Positions 18,527 to 35,551 are shown, counted from the stretch's first letter. The stretch is 64,000 nucleotides of DNA from Aotus nancymaae (GCF_030222135.1 NW_026988463.1:27176907-27240906), one strand, 5' to 3'. Notes: generated by a model from the letters alone, not told the origin. Translations and numbers: made by a program.

Positions 18527-18632
18527 AACATTGCTGTGTTGCCCACCTGGCCTTGAACTCCTGGGCTCAAGTGACCCTCCCGACTTGAGCGCCAAAGTGC
18601 TGGGATTACAGGCGTGAGCCCCCTTGCCCAGC
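18527..18632 (-). mobile_element. Alu fragment, counterpart of the ZG16 intron-2 Alu, between pseudo-copies 1 and 2
   Basis: ttgctgtgttgcccacctggccttgaactcctgggctcaagtgaccctcccgacttgagcgccaaagtgctgggattacaggcgtgagcccccttgcccagcc. Confidence 0.8.
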
Positions 18633-19260
<628 letters not shown>

Positions 19261-19433
19261 ACCTTAGTCAGTAAACCGCTACTCCCTGCCATTGTCTACT
19301 GATTCTCTACCCAGTCCTCCTAGGTGTTATCAGGTGTGACACTTAATTTAGGTGTCAGTTTGGTTCCATTTTGTTAGAATATGACATATGTGACTCCATT
19401 ATGATACTGATAACGTTCTTTTAAAAAAATTTA

Positions 19434-19688
19434 ATTTTTTGAGATGGAGTCTCGCTCTGTCATCCAGGCTGGAGTGCAGTGGTGCTATCTCAACTCATCT
19501 CTGCCTCCAGCGTTCAAGCGATTCTTGTACCTCAGCCTCGCAAATAGCTGGGATTACAGGTGCCTGCCACCACACCTGGCTAATTTTTGTATTTTTAGTA
19601 GAGGTGGGGTTTTGGGAGGCTGGTCTCCAACTCCTGCCTCGGTCTCCCAAAGTGCTGGGATTACAGGTGTGAGCCACTGTGCCTGGCC
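19434..19688 (-). mobile_element. Alu SINE
   Basis: ttttttgagatggagtctcgctctgtcatccaggctggagtgcagtggtgc ... gggattacaggtgtgagccactgtgcctggcc. Confidence 0.9.
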
Positions 19689-20707
19689 AGATGCTGATAA
19701 CTTTCACAAAACTAACGTATACCTTCACTCATTTTAATTTTCTTCCCTTCTTAAAATTTCTTGCCCCAACTACATAAATCATCCTCATCCATCTCTTTTG
19801 AGACCTTATCAGTGATCTCTTTCCAGAATCTTCAGCCTCTTTCTCTGTTCCTCTTTATCACGTGAACATGCTCATGACTCTCCTGTCTGGGATTTTAAAA
19901 AGACACAAAACCCTTTTGCCTTACACCGCCCCCCATAACTGACTTGCCTATTTTCTGGCAGCCCAGACCAAACTTCTTGAAAGATCGGATTCTTGCCGCC
20001 TGTGTTTTCTCAACTCCCATTCATTCCTTAACGAGTTCAGCCTGGTGTCAGCCTGCCCCAGTCCACTGTAACCTTCTGATGGCTAAAACCTAAGAGCATG
20101 GTGTGGGTAGGGTTTCCACTGTGGAAAAGGTGGTGGCTTCCTGAGGAAGGAGGAATCCCAGATCTGAGAGGGCTTAGCAGGACACTGGGGCTCATGGGTA
20201 AACGGGGGGAGGAACTGGGCCTGGCTGGCACAGACTTCAGTTAAGTTTCAAGAGTTAGGTGGGTTTTGGGAAAGAACAAAGGGGAATAGTCCCAGCCACT
20301 CACACACAGCATGTGAGTTCAGCACTTTCTCAAGGGGAGGACCAGGGATGAAGAGAGCTGGAGGGTGGGACATCTGGGGTTTATAAGCCACAACTAGGCC
20401 TTCCTCTAGGTCGAGAGTTCGAGACCAGCCTGACCAACATGGAGAAAACCCAGGAGATCTAGGACTCCTGTTTGTATTAACATTCTGAGGAGCTGTCCTT
20501 GAAGAGCGTTGATGCAAGCCAGAATCCCATCTCCTCTTGATAAATCATAGCACAAAGCCCAGGATTCTTACACACCTCTCCCTCATCTTCCCACTCTTCC
20601 CAGACTGATGTCCAAAGCCAGCCAGAAGTGAGATTCACACATCCCCGGCTGAGTCAGGAGGCAGAAGCTGCAGATACCCACACACACACCAACCTTAGCC
20701 ATATTTT

Positions 20708-20713
20708 TTATTG
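20708..20713 (-). other. ZG16: Polyadenylation signal AATAAA of ZG16 (minus strand)
   Basis: Plus-strand tttatt within ccatattttttattgagcc, about 75 nt downstream of the stop codon. The homologous position is retained in pseudo-copy 1 (tgtttattgaacc). Confidence 0.6.
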
Positions 20714-20787
20714 AGCCATTTGGATGGGGGTTAGTGATAAGTGAGTTCTTACTCCTTATCACAGTGCCCCTGCCAAGGGGAGGGGGC

Positions 20788-21103
20788 TCAGCAGCTGCTG
20801 CAGGTACTAGGGTAGACATCCCAGTGCAGGCCAATGGCATCGATGACGGAACCAGACCGGCCACTGATGAATCGGAGCACGGTGTTGGGATGCAAGGGGA
20901 CGGCATTGAAACTTGTGCCAGTGTCTTTCCCAAAAGGCAGATAGCGGCCCTTGTCTGTCACAAAGACCAGCTTCCTCAGGTAGCGCTTGTACTTCCCAGA
21001 AACCTGGATCACGGATTCCCCAGGGTGCAGAAAGATCTCCTCCAGGTCTCCTGAGGAGCCACCCACATAGTTGCTCCACACCGTCCCATAACGCACCTGG
21101 AGA
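20788..21103 (-). CDS. ZG16: ZG16 coding exon 3 (LQVRYGTVWSNYVGGSSGDLEEIFLHPGESVIQVSGKYKRYLRKLVFVTDKGRYLPFGKDTGTSFNAVPLHPNTVLRFISGRSGSVIDAIGLHWDVYPSTCSSC*)
   Basis: Jacalin-like lectin ZG16 C-terminal two-thirds. Acceptor cccctag|TCTCCAGGTG. Stop at 20788–20790. Total CDS 61+133+316 = 510 nt = 169 aa + stop. Confidence 0.95.
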
Positions 21104-21229
21104 CTAGGGGAGAAGCGGGGAGGGAAGGAGAATGGTGATGAGAGGGATGACAGATCTACTCGTCCTACAGACTGTGAAGCCTGCCCTGCAAGATCCTACA
21201 GGGAACTTCAACTCATTTTGCCAACTAAG

Positions 21230-21413
21230 AGACTCTGTCACCCAGGCTGGAGTGCAGTGTTGGAATCTTGGCTCACTGCAGCTTCAGCACCCTGGGCTCA
21301 GGCGATCCTCCCACCTCTCCTTCCTGAGTAGTTGAGGTTACAGGTGCTTGCCACTGTCTGCCTCTGCCTCCCAAAGCATTGTAATGACGAGTGTGAGCCA
21401 CTGCACCCAGCCA
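21230..21413 (-). mobile_element. Alu (about 95-bp internal deletion) in ZG16 intron 2, 20 bp from the exon 2 donor
   Basis: gagactctgtcacccaggctggagtgcagtgttggaatcttggctcactgcagc ... gtaatgacgagtgtgagccactgcacccagcc. Confidence 0.85.
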
Positions 21414-21432
21414 GGATCTCAAAGAATCTTAC

Positions 21433-21565
21433 CCTACGATGTAGTATCTGCTGACTCGGACCCGAAAGGCGGTGATGGGGCCGTCCAGCTGGTTGCCAGA
21501 ATGAGAGAATCGCTCTCCACCACCCCCTCCATACTCTCCGCTATAGGAGGAAGACCTGGCCTGAA
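21433..21565 (-). CDS. ZG16: ZG16 coding exon 2 (IQARSSSYSGEYGGGGGERFSHSGNQLDGPITAFRVRVSRYYIVG)
   Basis: Acceptor cctccag|TTCAGGCCAGG, donor ATCGTAGG|gtaaga. Phase joins exons 1 and 3 exactly. Confidence 0.95.
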
Positions 21566-21749
21566 CTGGAGGGGCAAGCAGGAGTTAGAGGGAGAAATCT
21601 TCCAGGAGTTCAGTTTCTCTGTACCACCCCTGTTCCTCCCACATCCCAGCTCCCCCAGCCCAAGCCAGCCTCCAAAAGCCTTGGCCAACAGCAGTGCCCA
21701 AGGTTGCCTTCCCATGTCCCCATTACCAGGCTCCTGGTATCTCACTTAC

Positions 21750-21810
21750 TGGCATTGGCAGAGGCTGAGGCACAGAGAAGAGCTAAGAGAGCAACAGTCA
21801 ACGTCAACAT
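21750..21810 (-). CDS. ZG16: ZG16 first coding segment (signal peptide MLTLTVALLALLCASASANA/I)
   Basis: ATG at 21810–21808 (minus), donor GCCAATGCCA|gtaagtgag. A strong acceptor (ttttctttccactgcag|ccccagaATG) sits 7 nt upstream of the ATG, implying an additional upstream non-coding 5' exon. Confidence 0.9.
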
Positions 21811-22941
21811 TCTGGGGCTGCAGTGGAAAGAAAAGAGCAAATGAAGATTCACCTTTTTCTTTGTGGACTTCACTGACCCAGGCACTCCTGACCTGCAGCT
21901 CAGACCAAGACCTCGTCCTTCAACTCAGACCTAGCAGACCCAGTTTTGAGCTTAGAAATGTCTGTCCATCGCCTGTAGTCCTTTTGCTCCCTGATTCTAC
22001 CTTCAATGTCCCTGACCCCTCCAGCTCTTCCTGGTCTGGCTGTAGCCAAGCCCTCCTCTTTTCTCTCAAGCCTAAAGATGAACCCTAACTATCTGGATTA
22101 AACCTTATTCCATCCTGGCACAAAGCAGAAACATTTTCTGAAATCAGCCAAGCTCAGGCACATTTGGGTTGGTATGGCCATAGCCAGGAAAGGAGTTTTC
22201 TAAGGAGAGAGCAGAGGACGCCTCCCAAGCACAGAGATGGCTGAGTTTGCGGAGCCCGGAGTCTGAGCAAAGCCTCACCATCTGTGGTGGATTGGCCTGG
22301 CTTATGAGGCACCTGGAGCATGGTTTAAATCCCTAGGATCCACCTGTCTCAAGGAAAGAAGCATTTTAGAGGTGCCTCTATGTCACCTGGGGAGCAAAGT
22401 TGGTGACAGAAGGGACTGTGCCAGCACCAGTATCCAAGCAGCGCTGGTGGAACTGGAACAGACAGAGAAGTTGCAGAAGGAGTCGGGACCAGCTCAGAAT
22501 ATTAGACCCCAGGTGCCTGGTCTATGTGTCACCATTCTTTTCTCCACTAACACACATCTAGCCGTTTCCATTCCCCTGAACATCCCAGGCGTCCCCAGTC
22601 CTTCAGCAGATACCTAGACAGCTTTGCACCTAAGATTAGCACAGATCCAGGAGCCCAATTAACTCAAGTCTTCCCTGCCACTCCGTCCAGGCATCCTCTT
22701 CTCCAGCTCAGATTTGAATTCCCGCCCCCCAACTCAGATTCAGGCATCTCTGTCACCCCTTACCTGGCAGTTTCAGTTGCAAAGCCCCCTGGAAACTTCC
22801 AGATGTTTTATACCAGGTCCAAGCCCTCCCCCTGCCCTTATCGTGTGAACCTCACCTCCTGAGCAAACACGAGCAACCTCTTCGGATCAGGTGTCAGGCA
22901 GGGTCCGGAACACCTTATCCTGCCTCTCCCCCATAGTCAAT

Positions 22942-23275
22942 AGATACTACATCGTAGGGTAAGATTCTTCGGAGATCCTGGCTGGGCGCGGTGGCCCACA
23001 CCTGTCATTACAATGCTTTGGGAGGCAGAGGCAGATTGCTTGAGGCCAGGAGTTCTAGCTCAGCCTGGGCAAGATATCGAGACCATCTCTATCAAAACAA
23101 AAAACAAAAACAAAAATTAGCTGGGCACAGTGGCGAGCACCTGTAGCCTCAACTACTCAGGAGGGAGAGGTGGGAGGATTGCCTGAGCCCGAGATGTTGA
23201 GGCTGCGGTGAGCCAAGATTGCACCACTGCACTCCAGCCTGGGTGACAGGTAGTAGGGTGGAGTCCACTCTGGAG
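22942..23275 (+). repeat. Inverted duplicate of the ZG16 exon-2 donor region + intron-2 Alu (partner 21200–21449 on the opposite strand)
   Basis: agatactacatcgtagggtaagattcttcggagatcctggctgggcgcggtgg... is the reverse complement of 21421–21449 (the last 17 nt of ZG16 exon 2, the donor and intron), followed by the same Alu, undeleted here at 22980–23250. Confidence 0.85.
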
Positions 23276-23560
23276 AAGGATAGTAAACTTGAGGTTGCCA
23301 ATCGAAGGGCCAGCAGCTCTGGATGGGCAAAGTAGCTTATCACCTCTGGACTTGGTAGGTGCTCTCACCTGAAATCTGCCATCTGTCAGGACAAACAGAG
23401 CCCTTCCCAGGCATTCAAAATGTGGATTCCCCAAGAAAGGAATATACTCCCCAAACCTTATACTTAGGAGTGCCGAGTATTCATCAGACACTTTTTTCTT
23501 TACCTTTTCTAATATTATGAAAAGTCCAAACACATATAAAAGTTTAAAAAATTGTATAGT

Positions 23561-23816
23561 GGCCAGGCACGGTGACTTAAGCCTGTAATCCATTTTGGGA
23601 GACTGAGGTGGGAGTTCGAGACCATCCTGGCCAACATGGCGAAACTCCGTCTCTACTAAAAATACCAAAAAAATTAGCCAGGCATGGTGGCTAATGTGCC
23701 TATAATCCCAGCTACTCGGGAGGCTGAGGCAGGAGGATCACTTGAGCCCAGGAGGTCGAAGTTGCAGTGAGCCATGATGGAAAGATCGTGTCTCAAAAAA
23801 AGAAAAAAAAAAAAAA
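23561..23816 (+). mobile_element. Alu SINE
   Basis: ggccaggcacggtgacttaagcctgtaatccattttgggagactgaggtggg ... ctcaaaaaaagaaaaaaaaaaaaaag. Confidence 0.85.
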
Positions 23817-24811
23817 GAATTGTGGGGATATCCCCTCCAGATTCCCCTCCCACAACAGTGTGGGAGCACTAAAAAACAAAATAATAAAAGAAGAATTGTA
23901 TAGTGAGCACTCATATAACCACCATGTAGATTCCACCATGGTTAATATTTTGCTGTCATTGCTTTTTTTTCCATCCACCCATCTATCCTCGATATGGCAA
24001 ACCCTTCCCAAACCATTTCTCTCTGAGAACGATGACTTGGGCTGCAGGTGCACAGTGAACACGTACTGATCCCCCTCCCAGAAACAGAGTCAGTCCAATG
24101 GGAAATGGGAAGCTGAGGAACTGGAGGTCTGCAGGTGCTCCTCTGGGGGTAAATCTGGGCTTTGGGCCCTCAGGTCTCCCTGGCGCTATGACTGAATCTT
24201 CTGGGGCTGTAGGCCACCCAGGGCCATTGCTTCTTTCTTAGGTCTGTAACCTCCTCAGAGGTGATGTCATAGATTTGTTTTTCTTTGTAGGCCCTTCAGT
24301 TTCAGGATTTTCACTAGGGATTCCAGGCTGATTCCTCTCAGACTAAAACCCCTAGGACAGACTCCTGGGACCTAGTTCCTGACCCCTCTTGGACTGGCCC
24401 TCTGACCTCTCTGAATCAGCAGGTCCAAGAAGGGGAAGGATGGAGGTCCAGAAGGGGCTGGAATAAGTACTCTCAGTTATGAATGACTAGTCAGGACTTC
24501 AGAGCACCCCACCCCTCACAGGCTCACCATCTGGGCCCAAGAACCCATCCCAGATAGCAAAGGCAGTCCTGCCCTGAGTATCCGGAAATAGTGGGGCCCC
24601 AGGGTGGTGAGTTCTAGGAAAGAAACAGAACAGCAGCCAAAGATGCAATGTTCACTCCTCCCTCCCCTTCTCTTTCACTCCAAGGTCGAGGTCAGCACAT
24701 CCTGCTGTTATAACTGTCACCTCATTCCAGCCATTTTGTTTTGTGTCTGTCACCCTCTCTCTTTCCCGCTGACTTTCCTTCCCTTTATGTCTTGATCTTT
24801 CCCTGCACTGA

Positions 24812-25402
<591 letters not shown>

Positions 25403-26196
25403 TGAGTTTTTTTATATTCCTTCTCTCTATGCCGTTTTCCTTCTGCCTCTTCTTTCCTTGTCCCTACATCTCTCCCAAGCTCTCTCTCTAGCTCTTTCCT
25501 CTCTCCTTGGTAATCCTTGTCTGTCTTCTTCTGTTTAGGGACAGATCACACCTAGTCTGTGACCAAACACAAGAAGTCAAAGATGGCAGCTCAGAGAGGT
25601 CGAGGTGGGCACCTTGGAAGGACGCCCTCATGTTTCCAGACATGACACATCCAGGACCCTCAGGACAGAGGGGCCCACATTTGCCACAGTTCCACTCCGT
25701 TGCATCTACCCTGCCTGTATGGAGATCCAGAGTCTCCATTGCCAGAGACTGCTCCTTGTTCCACCACAGCAAGTCCTCAGTCTCCAAAGTGCAAGTGATG
25801 CCTTCCTGTGGTGGGAGGAATCTCAAGGCCCATTTTCTGCCCATCCCAGAAAGAAGGAAAGCTGCCCTATCACTAATGCTGGACCTCTAGGGTGCACTCT
25901 GATGTGGGGACTGAGGCAGAAGGAAGAATGTGAAGGCAGGGAGACACCAGGCCCCGTTTCTGCTTCTGCCTCATCAGATCCTGTTTGAGCTACTTTACAT
26001 TTAACCCGTGTACCAGCCAAGGGCCTACCTGCCCACTAAACTCTAGATGAAGTTGCCTTAAACCTCATTCCATTCCCGGGCCTGCACGCATGAATGTCCA
26101 AAGCCCTTCCAGAACTTTCTGCCACTCAAAAGAAAGCAACTCAACATGTTTGTTTCTTTGTTTGTTTTTGTCTTTTTAATATTCTTTTTTCACAAG

Positions 26197-26451
26197 ATGA
26201 TGGAGTCTTGCTCTGCTGCCCTTTCTCGGCTCACTGCAACCTCCACCTCTTGGGTTCAGGCGATTCTCCTGCCTCAGCCTCCCAAGTAACTGGGATTACA
26301 GGTGTCCGCCACCACGCCTGGCTAATTTTTGTATTTCAGTAGAGATGGGGTTTTACCACGTTGGCCAGGCTGGTCTGAAACTCTTGGCCTCGTGATCCAT
26401 CCTCAGCCTCCCAAAGTGCTGGGGTTACAGGCGTGAGCCACCGCGCCTGGC
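26197..26451 (-). mobile_element. Alu SINE (5' poly-T end truncated)
   Basis: gatggagtcttgctctgctgccctttctcggctcactgcaacc ... ggggttacaggcgtgagccaccgcgcctggc. Confidence 0.85.
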
Positions 26452-26810
26452 TGAACACATGTTTATCAAGCATCTCTATGTTGGAGGCAGCATCCTAGAT
26501 GCTGGAGAGACAGCAAGGTGAAGAGTCAGCAGCCAACCTCAAGGAGCTGTAGGGCCAAGGGAAAGCTTCTTCTCTGCTCTCTAGCCCTATAAGGGCTCCC
26601 CGAAAAGGAACTGACAGTTGGCAAATTAATAGAAGAAAAAGGTGTACAAAATTTATGTCACATGTGCAAGCATGAGGGAACCACAGAAGAACAATGACCT
26701 AATAACCCAATGCGGTCCAGACGCTTATGTAGCCTCCTCCTTCACAGGGAGGGGAAACGGGGGTGTAGCAATGTTGAGAGGTAGTATGTGATTTTGTGGG
26801 GCAATGAATG

Positions 26811-27425
<615 letters not shown>

Positions 27426-27432
27426 GAATGAG

Positions 27433-28301
<869 letters not shown>

Positions 28302-28792
28302 CCATGTTGGCCAGGCTGGTCTTGAACTCCTGACCTCAGGTGATACGCCCGTCTCAGCCTCCCAAAGTGCTGAGAGGCGTGAGCCACCGCACCTGGCCGC
28401 ATTCTTCATTCTTATTTTCTGCCTTAGATAACGAGGTTTTGGTGGGGCAGGGTGAAGTAGAAGGCAACGATGTTCTCTTCGGCAGGTCCAGTCTTAAGGT
28501 AGATGAGGGAATATCAGAGAAAGCCTCATTCTGTGCTTTGGGAGAGACAGCGGTTTGAGAGACAGAAGCAGGGCGGGGAAGGTCAGAGAGACCTTGAGGC
28601 TGCTGCTTTAGTTCAAAATGTCAAAGTGCTGTGTTTTGGGGTGTCATTTTCTGAGCCCCAACAGAGCTTTCACTTCAGTGGGGGCAGTCAGGCAAATTAA
28701 TAAATAAGTTACTGCACAGTATGTCAGCGAGCAGTGAGCGGTACAAAATAAACAGAACAGAATGAGAGCTTGAAGAGAAAGGGGGAAGCTGC

Positions 28793-29110
<318 letters not shown>

Positions 29111-29680
29111 TAGCTGGAACGTGTCTCTGCTCAGGTATCATTTGGGAAGAGGCCAGATTGAAGTGATGGAGAGAGCTATGGATGAAGAGCGGTCCAGGCA
29201 GAGCAACAACACCTTCCAAAGCCCTGTGCTGGAAGTGTGAGTGTGATGAATTTGGAAATCATGAAGAGAGGAAGGTGGCTGGAGGGAAGTGAGGGAAGCC
29301 AACCTGTGAATCCTGGGCAACAGCCAGTGGGCAGAGGGTGCAGGGCCTGGGAAGTGTGGTCAGGAGTTTGGCTTCTTTTCTCACAGTGAAGGGAGTCATG
29401 GAAGGATTTTGAACAGAGGGGTACATGCTCATAGTTGCGTTTTAGAAGGATTGCTCTCTCCTGATTTTGATAAAGTGGAGGAGGGACTTGGGCAGGGTAA
29501 GAGTGGAGATGGGGGACCATGGCAGCTGTGGTGTGACCCTCTCCCCTCCCCTCTAGGATTGCCCTGAAAGCTCCTCCCTGTCTCATGTGAAACAGCTTTG
29601 CCCTCCTTTCAAAGTCTTGATGCAATTTCAGACCTATGGTGAGATCTGCCTCTCCACCTCCATCCAGAAGGTTTTGACCA

Positions 29681-29971
29681 CCTGTGGTCCATGCCTGTAA
29701 TCTCAGCACTTTGGGAGTCCAAGGCAGGCGGATCATTGAGGTCAGGATTTTGAGACCAGCCTAGCCAACATTGTGAAACCCCATGTCTACTAAAAATACA
29801 AAAATTAGCTGGGCGTGGTGATGGACACCTGTAATCTGCTGCAGCTACTTGGGAGGCTGAGGCAGGAGAATCGCTTGAACCCAGGAGTCAGAGTTTGCAG
29901 TGAGCAGAGGTTGCACCATTGCACTCCAGCCTGGGCAACAGAGCGAGACTCCATCTCAAAAAAAAAAAAAA
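29681..29971 (+). mobile_element. Alu SINE (5' truncated)
   Basis: ccacctgtggtccatgcctgtaatctcagcactttgggagtccaaggcaggcgg ... ctccatctcaaaaaaaaaaaaa. Confidence 0.85.
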
Positions 29972-30150
<179 letters not shown>

Positions 30151-30157
30151 TTCAAGA

Positions 30158-30574
<417 letters not shown>

Positions 30575-31312
30575 GTTTCAAAATATATTTCCAAACAGTG
30601 GGAGATCTGTTTTCTGATAAGAAAAAAGAACTTCTCTACTTCCTATTTACACATTGGCCTTGGTGCGTGTTGCGCATGTTTTCATCTGGACGAAGGGTCT
30701 GACGGCAAAAACGAACTTGAGCACTGCTTTTCTGTTCACTCCTAGCTGCTCTAATGAATCAACTAAAGCGTAGTGGGCAGAAGTGACTTCACCAGGTTGC
30801 CAAGGGGAGTCCTGCACTCCCCTGCCCGCTACCTCTGTGCCCCACACGCCAGCCCCATAGTGGCCTGCACTGGCTGATCTTCAACTCTACTCATGCAGAG
30901 ACTCCAGCTGACAAAATGCTCTCGTCCTTCTACCCACCCGGCAGCCTCCAGGTTATTCAGAGGGTGCCACCACCACCCTGCACCACCACCCAGCCTCTTT
31001 GCAGGAAGGCCTCAGCTCTCTTTTCCTCCCAGCTCCTCCTCTTCAAATACAATTTATCATTCCTTTCTTTGGCTTCTGTGTGCTTCCTACATTATTTTAT
31101 TATGGTTCTAATTACCCTACACTGTAATTTATCTGTTTACATTGCAAACCTCCTCCACTAAACCGAGAGCTCATTCTAAGGCAGGGCCCGTGGCTGAGTA
31201 ATCTTTGTATTCCCAGAGCCTGGCATCACACCTGGCACAGAGTAAATATCCATGGATGATTGTCCAGTGAATCCAGCACCTTGGGTCCAGGCTACAGCGA
31301 GACTTCTACTAA

Positions 31313-31678
<366 letters not shown>

Positions 31679-32009
31679 CATTGGGACACCTCAGGGCAGC
31701 TTGGGTGGCCACAGTAGTACAAGAGAGGCTGCAGGGGCCCAGATTCAAGGTAGGTAAGTGTACCTTGTTAATCATTTTTTAAGCCAGACACCTATAGTCA
31801 TACACCAAGCATTGGTGGACAGAATGTTGCATTATAAAAAGATGTTTTTTTCTTATTTCTTTTTTTTTTATTTCCTTTTTCAATAATAAAGAGATGTTAA
31901 ATAAAGTTATAGGAGGCTGTTTTTCTGGCCTGAGCTCCTGAACTAGACCCCCCAGTAGACCAAACCAAAATGGAGTCACCCATGCTACATAATCAAACTG
32001 AAACTTTAA

Positions 32010-32600
<591 letters not shown>

Positions 32601-33964
32601 ATCAAGATAATTGTTAAATTAAGTTTAGCCTAAAACTGCCTCCTTACATATTTTAATTTAGGCCCAAAGTTTTCTTCTCATCTAGTGACCTAACTGGATG
32701 TGTAAATAGACTATAACCTCCTCTTATACCAATCACAGAGTTTTGGCCAATCACAAGTGGCCAACTGTTCAAACCATGTTCAAAAAAGGCAAGTGCCGAA
32801 GCTTAATCAATCTATTTCTTTATCTCATTTCCATTTTCCGTATGTCTCTTTCCTTTTTCCGTCTGTGATTATTAGCCAACCCTGTGGCAGCCCCGTAGTT
32901 TCTCTGAACCTATGCTGGTTCAAGGAGCTGCCTGATTCATGCATTGTTCTTTGCTCAATTAAACTCTGTTAAATTTAATTTGTCTTAAGTGTTTCTTTTA
33001 ACAGATACATAGGTTTAACCGCTGGCTCCAGCCCTTCCCTACCATGTAACCCACTGATATTCAGTTTTTTCATCTGTAAATTGGAGGTCATAAGACCCAC
33101 TAATTTTTGTCAATCCCCTGGTATAGGCCTGGCGCATGGTAGGTAGTGAGCGAAATGTTTATTCTCCCTTTAGATTTTCACAAAATACTCTGGTCTTTTT
33201 TTTTCCGGCCTCTTTCAGATAAAGATCTGTACAGCCTTTATCGTACTCATCCACTATTTCATGGGTTAGCTTTAGTAGATACTAGAGATCTTGTCAAATG
33301 CATCGTAAGACTGGAAGAAGAATTTTGTGTATGTTTAATTTGCCTGGGCAACAGAGCAAGACTTTGTCTCAAAAAAAAAAATTTTTTTTTATTAAAGGGC
33401 CGTAGTCCCTGGGCTCAACCCCTGCTGGGAACCCAAATCCTTTCTCACGAGAGAGTAAAATGGTCGGGGGGTGTAAAATAAAATTCCTAAAACTAAAATA
33501 TAGAGGTTGATGGGATTAAGAAAGTTGAAATGTTTAAACAGGCTTCACATAAAGTAGTTGTGTCTCCTTTGCCTAAATGTTTTATGGGAATGAACACTGG
33601 ATCTGACTGGGAAATGTTACCCCTACCTATTCCTGCCAACCAGAAGGCATGTAAATCCACTCTTCAAGCAATATTGATGGGACCTGCTAAATGAGAACCA
33701 GTAAGACTGCCCAAGCCCACAGGGCATGGAGTAGCAGCTGGAGTGTGGGTAGGAGGAACCCTCTCTAGGCAGCTGTTTGCGGAGGATTTACTGCAGCTTA
33801 CGGCAAAAGCATGTGAGCATCTCCTCACAATGATGACTGGGACTTTGGAACAGAGAATTTCCATTTGAGAGGCATTTATTGCCTTGCTATGGAATGTGAA
33901 AGGAATTCACCCTTATGCTAACAGGGTGGCAGTGCCCAAAAGAGTTTCATCATAACACTGAATG

Positions 33965-34261
33965 GGGCCAGACGTGGTGGCTCACGCCTGTAATCCCAGC
34001 ACTTTGGAAGGCCAAGGTGGGTGGATTACCTGAGGTCAGGAATTTGAGACCAGCCTGGCCATAATAGTGAAACCCTGTCTCTACTAAAAATACAAAAATT
34101 AACCAGATGTGGTGGTGGGTGCCTGTAATCCCAGCTACTGGGGAGACTGAGGCAGGAGAAGCTTGAACTTGGGAGGTGGGGGTTGCAGTGAGCTGAGATC
34201 ACACCACTGCACTCCAGCCTGGGTGACGGAGGGAGACTCCATCTTGGAAAAAAAAAAAAAA
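33965..34261 (+). mobile_element. Alu SINE
   Basis: gggccagacgtggtggctcacgcctgtaatcccagcactttggaaggccaaggtggg ... gactccatcttggaaaaaaaaaaaaaag. Confidence 0.9.
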
Positions 34262-34769
34262 GCCAAAACATTGAAATGGTTTATATAGGATTCTGCTACC
34301 TGGGGAGTGCAAGCCTCTTTTTCCCTAGAACTGGCTCTGGAACTGTGTGAGGAGCTGCTGGATTCTACAGTGCCCAATAAGCAGCTCTCACCTGACTGAC
34401 AAGCAGCTGCTTGGTTGTGGACAGCAGTTCCGAGGTGAATGGACCTGTTTGGAAGGCTTTACTCTGGTTCAAGAAGAGTCAAGAAAATATTTTTTCCCCT
34501 TTAAGCTATTTATAGCTTACAATGATTGAGTAATGGATATTTTTGTGAGCAAAATTTGCCTTTCTCTTTACTTGAATTCTCCAAAACTTGGAAAATATAC
34601 ATGAGTATTCTTATTTTATGGCAATATGGTTATTTGCATAAGTTCAGTAAGAATCTGTTTCTTTTTGTAAAAGGACCCAACTGGAGACACAGATTGTTTT
34701 ACCAAGGCTTTGACTGGAATGACTTATTTTCAGATATGATTGGACTGTTTTGAGGAATTGAAGTTGACT

Positions 34770-35065
<296 letters not shown>

Positions 35066-35284
35066 TGAATTTGACTTTTTAGAGCTGATCAAAAGCCCTG
35101 TGGAATGACTGGCCTGGTACCTTGTCTAAATGGTTCCCTTACAAGGTTCCTGACCTGTGATAAATAAAGAATGTCACTTTCTAACAGGCCCAGGACAAGA
35201 TATTCTTGGACCTTGAGAAGAGAAGAATCTGTACAGGTATTCAAGCATAGTCTGAAGGCTGTGCTTCTGGCCTTGGGGTTACAG

Positions 35285-35510
35285 ACTAGGCAACATAGCA
35301 AGACCCTGCCTCTATAAAAATTTTAAAAATCAGCCAGGCATGCTGGCACATGCCTGCAAGTACTATCTACTCAGGAGGCTGAGGCTGGAGGATTGCCTGA
35401 GCCCAGGACATCAAGGCTGCAGTGAGCCAAGACTGTGCCACTGCATTCCAGCCTGGGTGACAGAGCAAGACCCTGTCTCAAAAAATAAAAGAGAAAGAAA
35501 GAAAAAAAGC
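35285..35510 (+). mobile_element. Alu (partial: end of left monomer + right monomer)
   Basis: ggcaacatagcaagaccctgcctctataaaaattttaaaaatcagccaggcatgctggcacatgcctgcaag ... ccagcctgggtgacagagcaagaccctgtctc. Confidence 0.8.
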
Positions 35511-35551
35511 CAAATCTAAAATTCCTTATAAAAGTTCCAGCAAGTCGAGTG

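Noticed and set aside
21348-22088. 246-aa plus-strand ORF overlapping ZG16
   Set aside because: Antisense to the well-supported ZG16 exons, with a Ser/Pro-rich low-complexity product and no start context; an antisense artefact.
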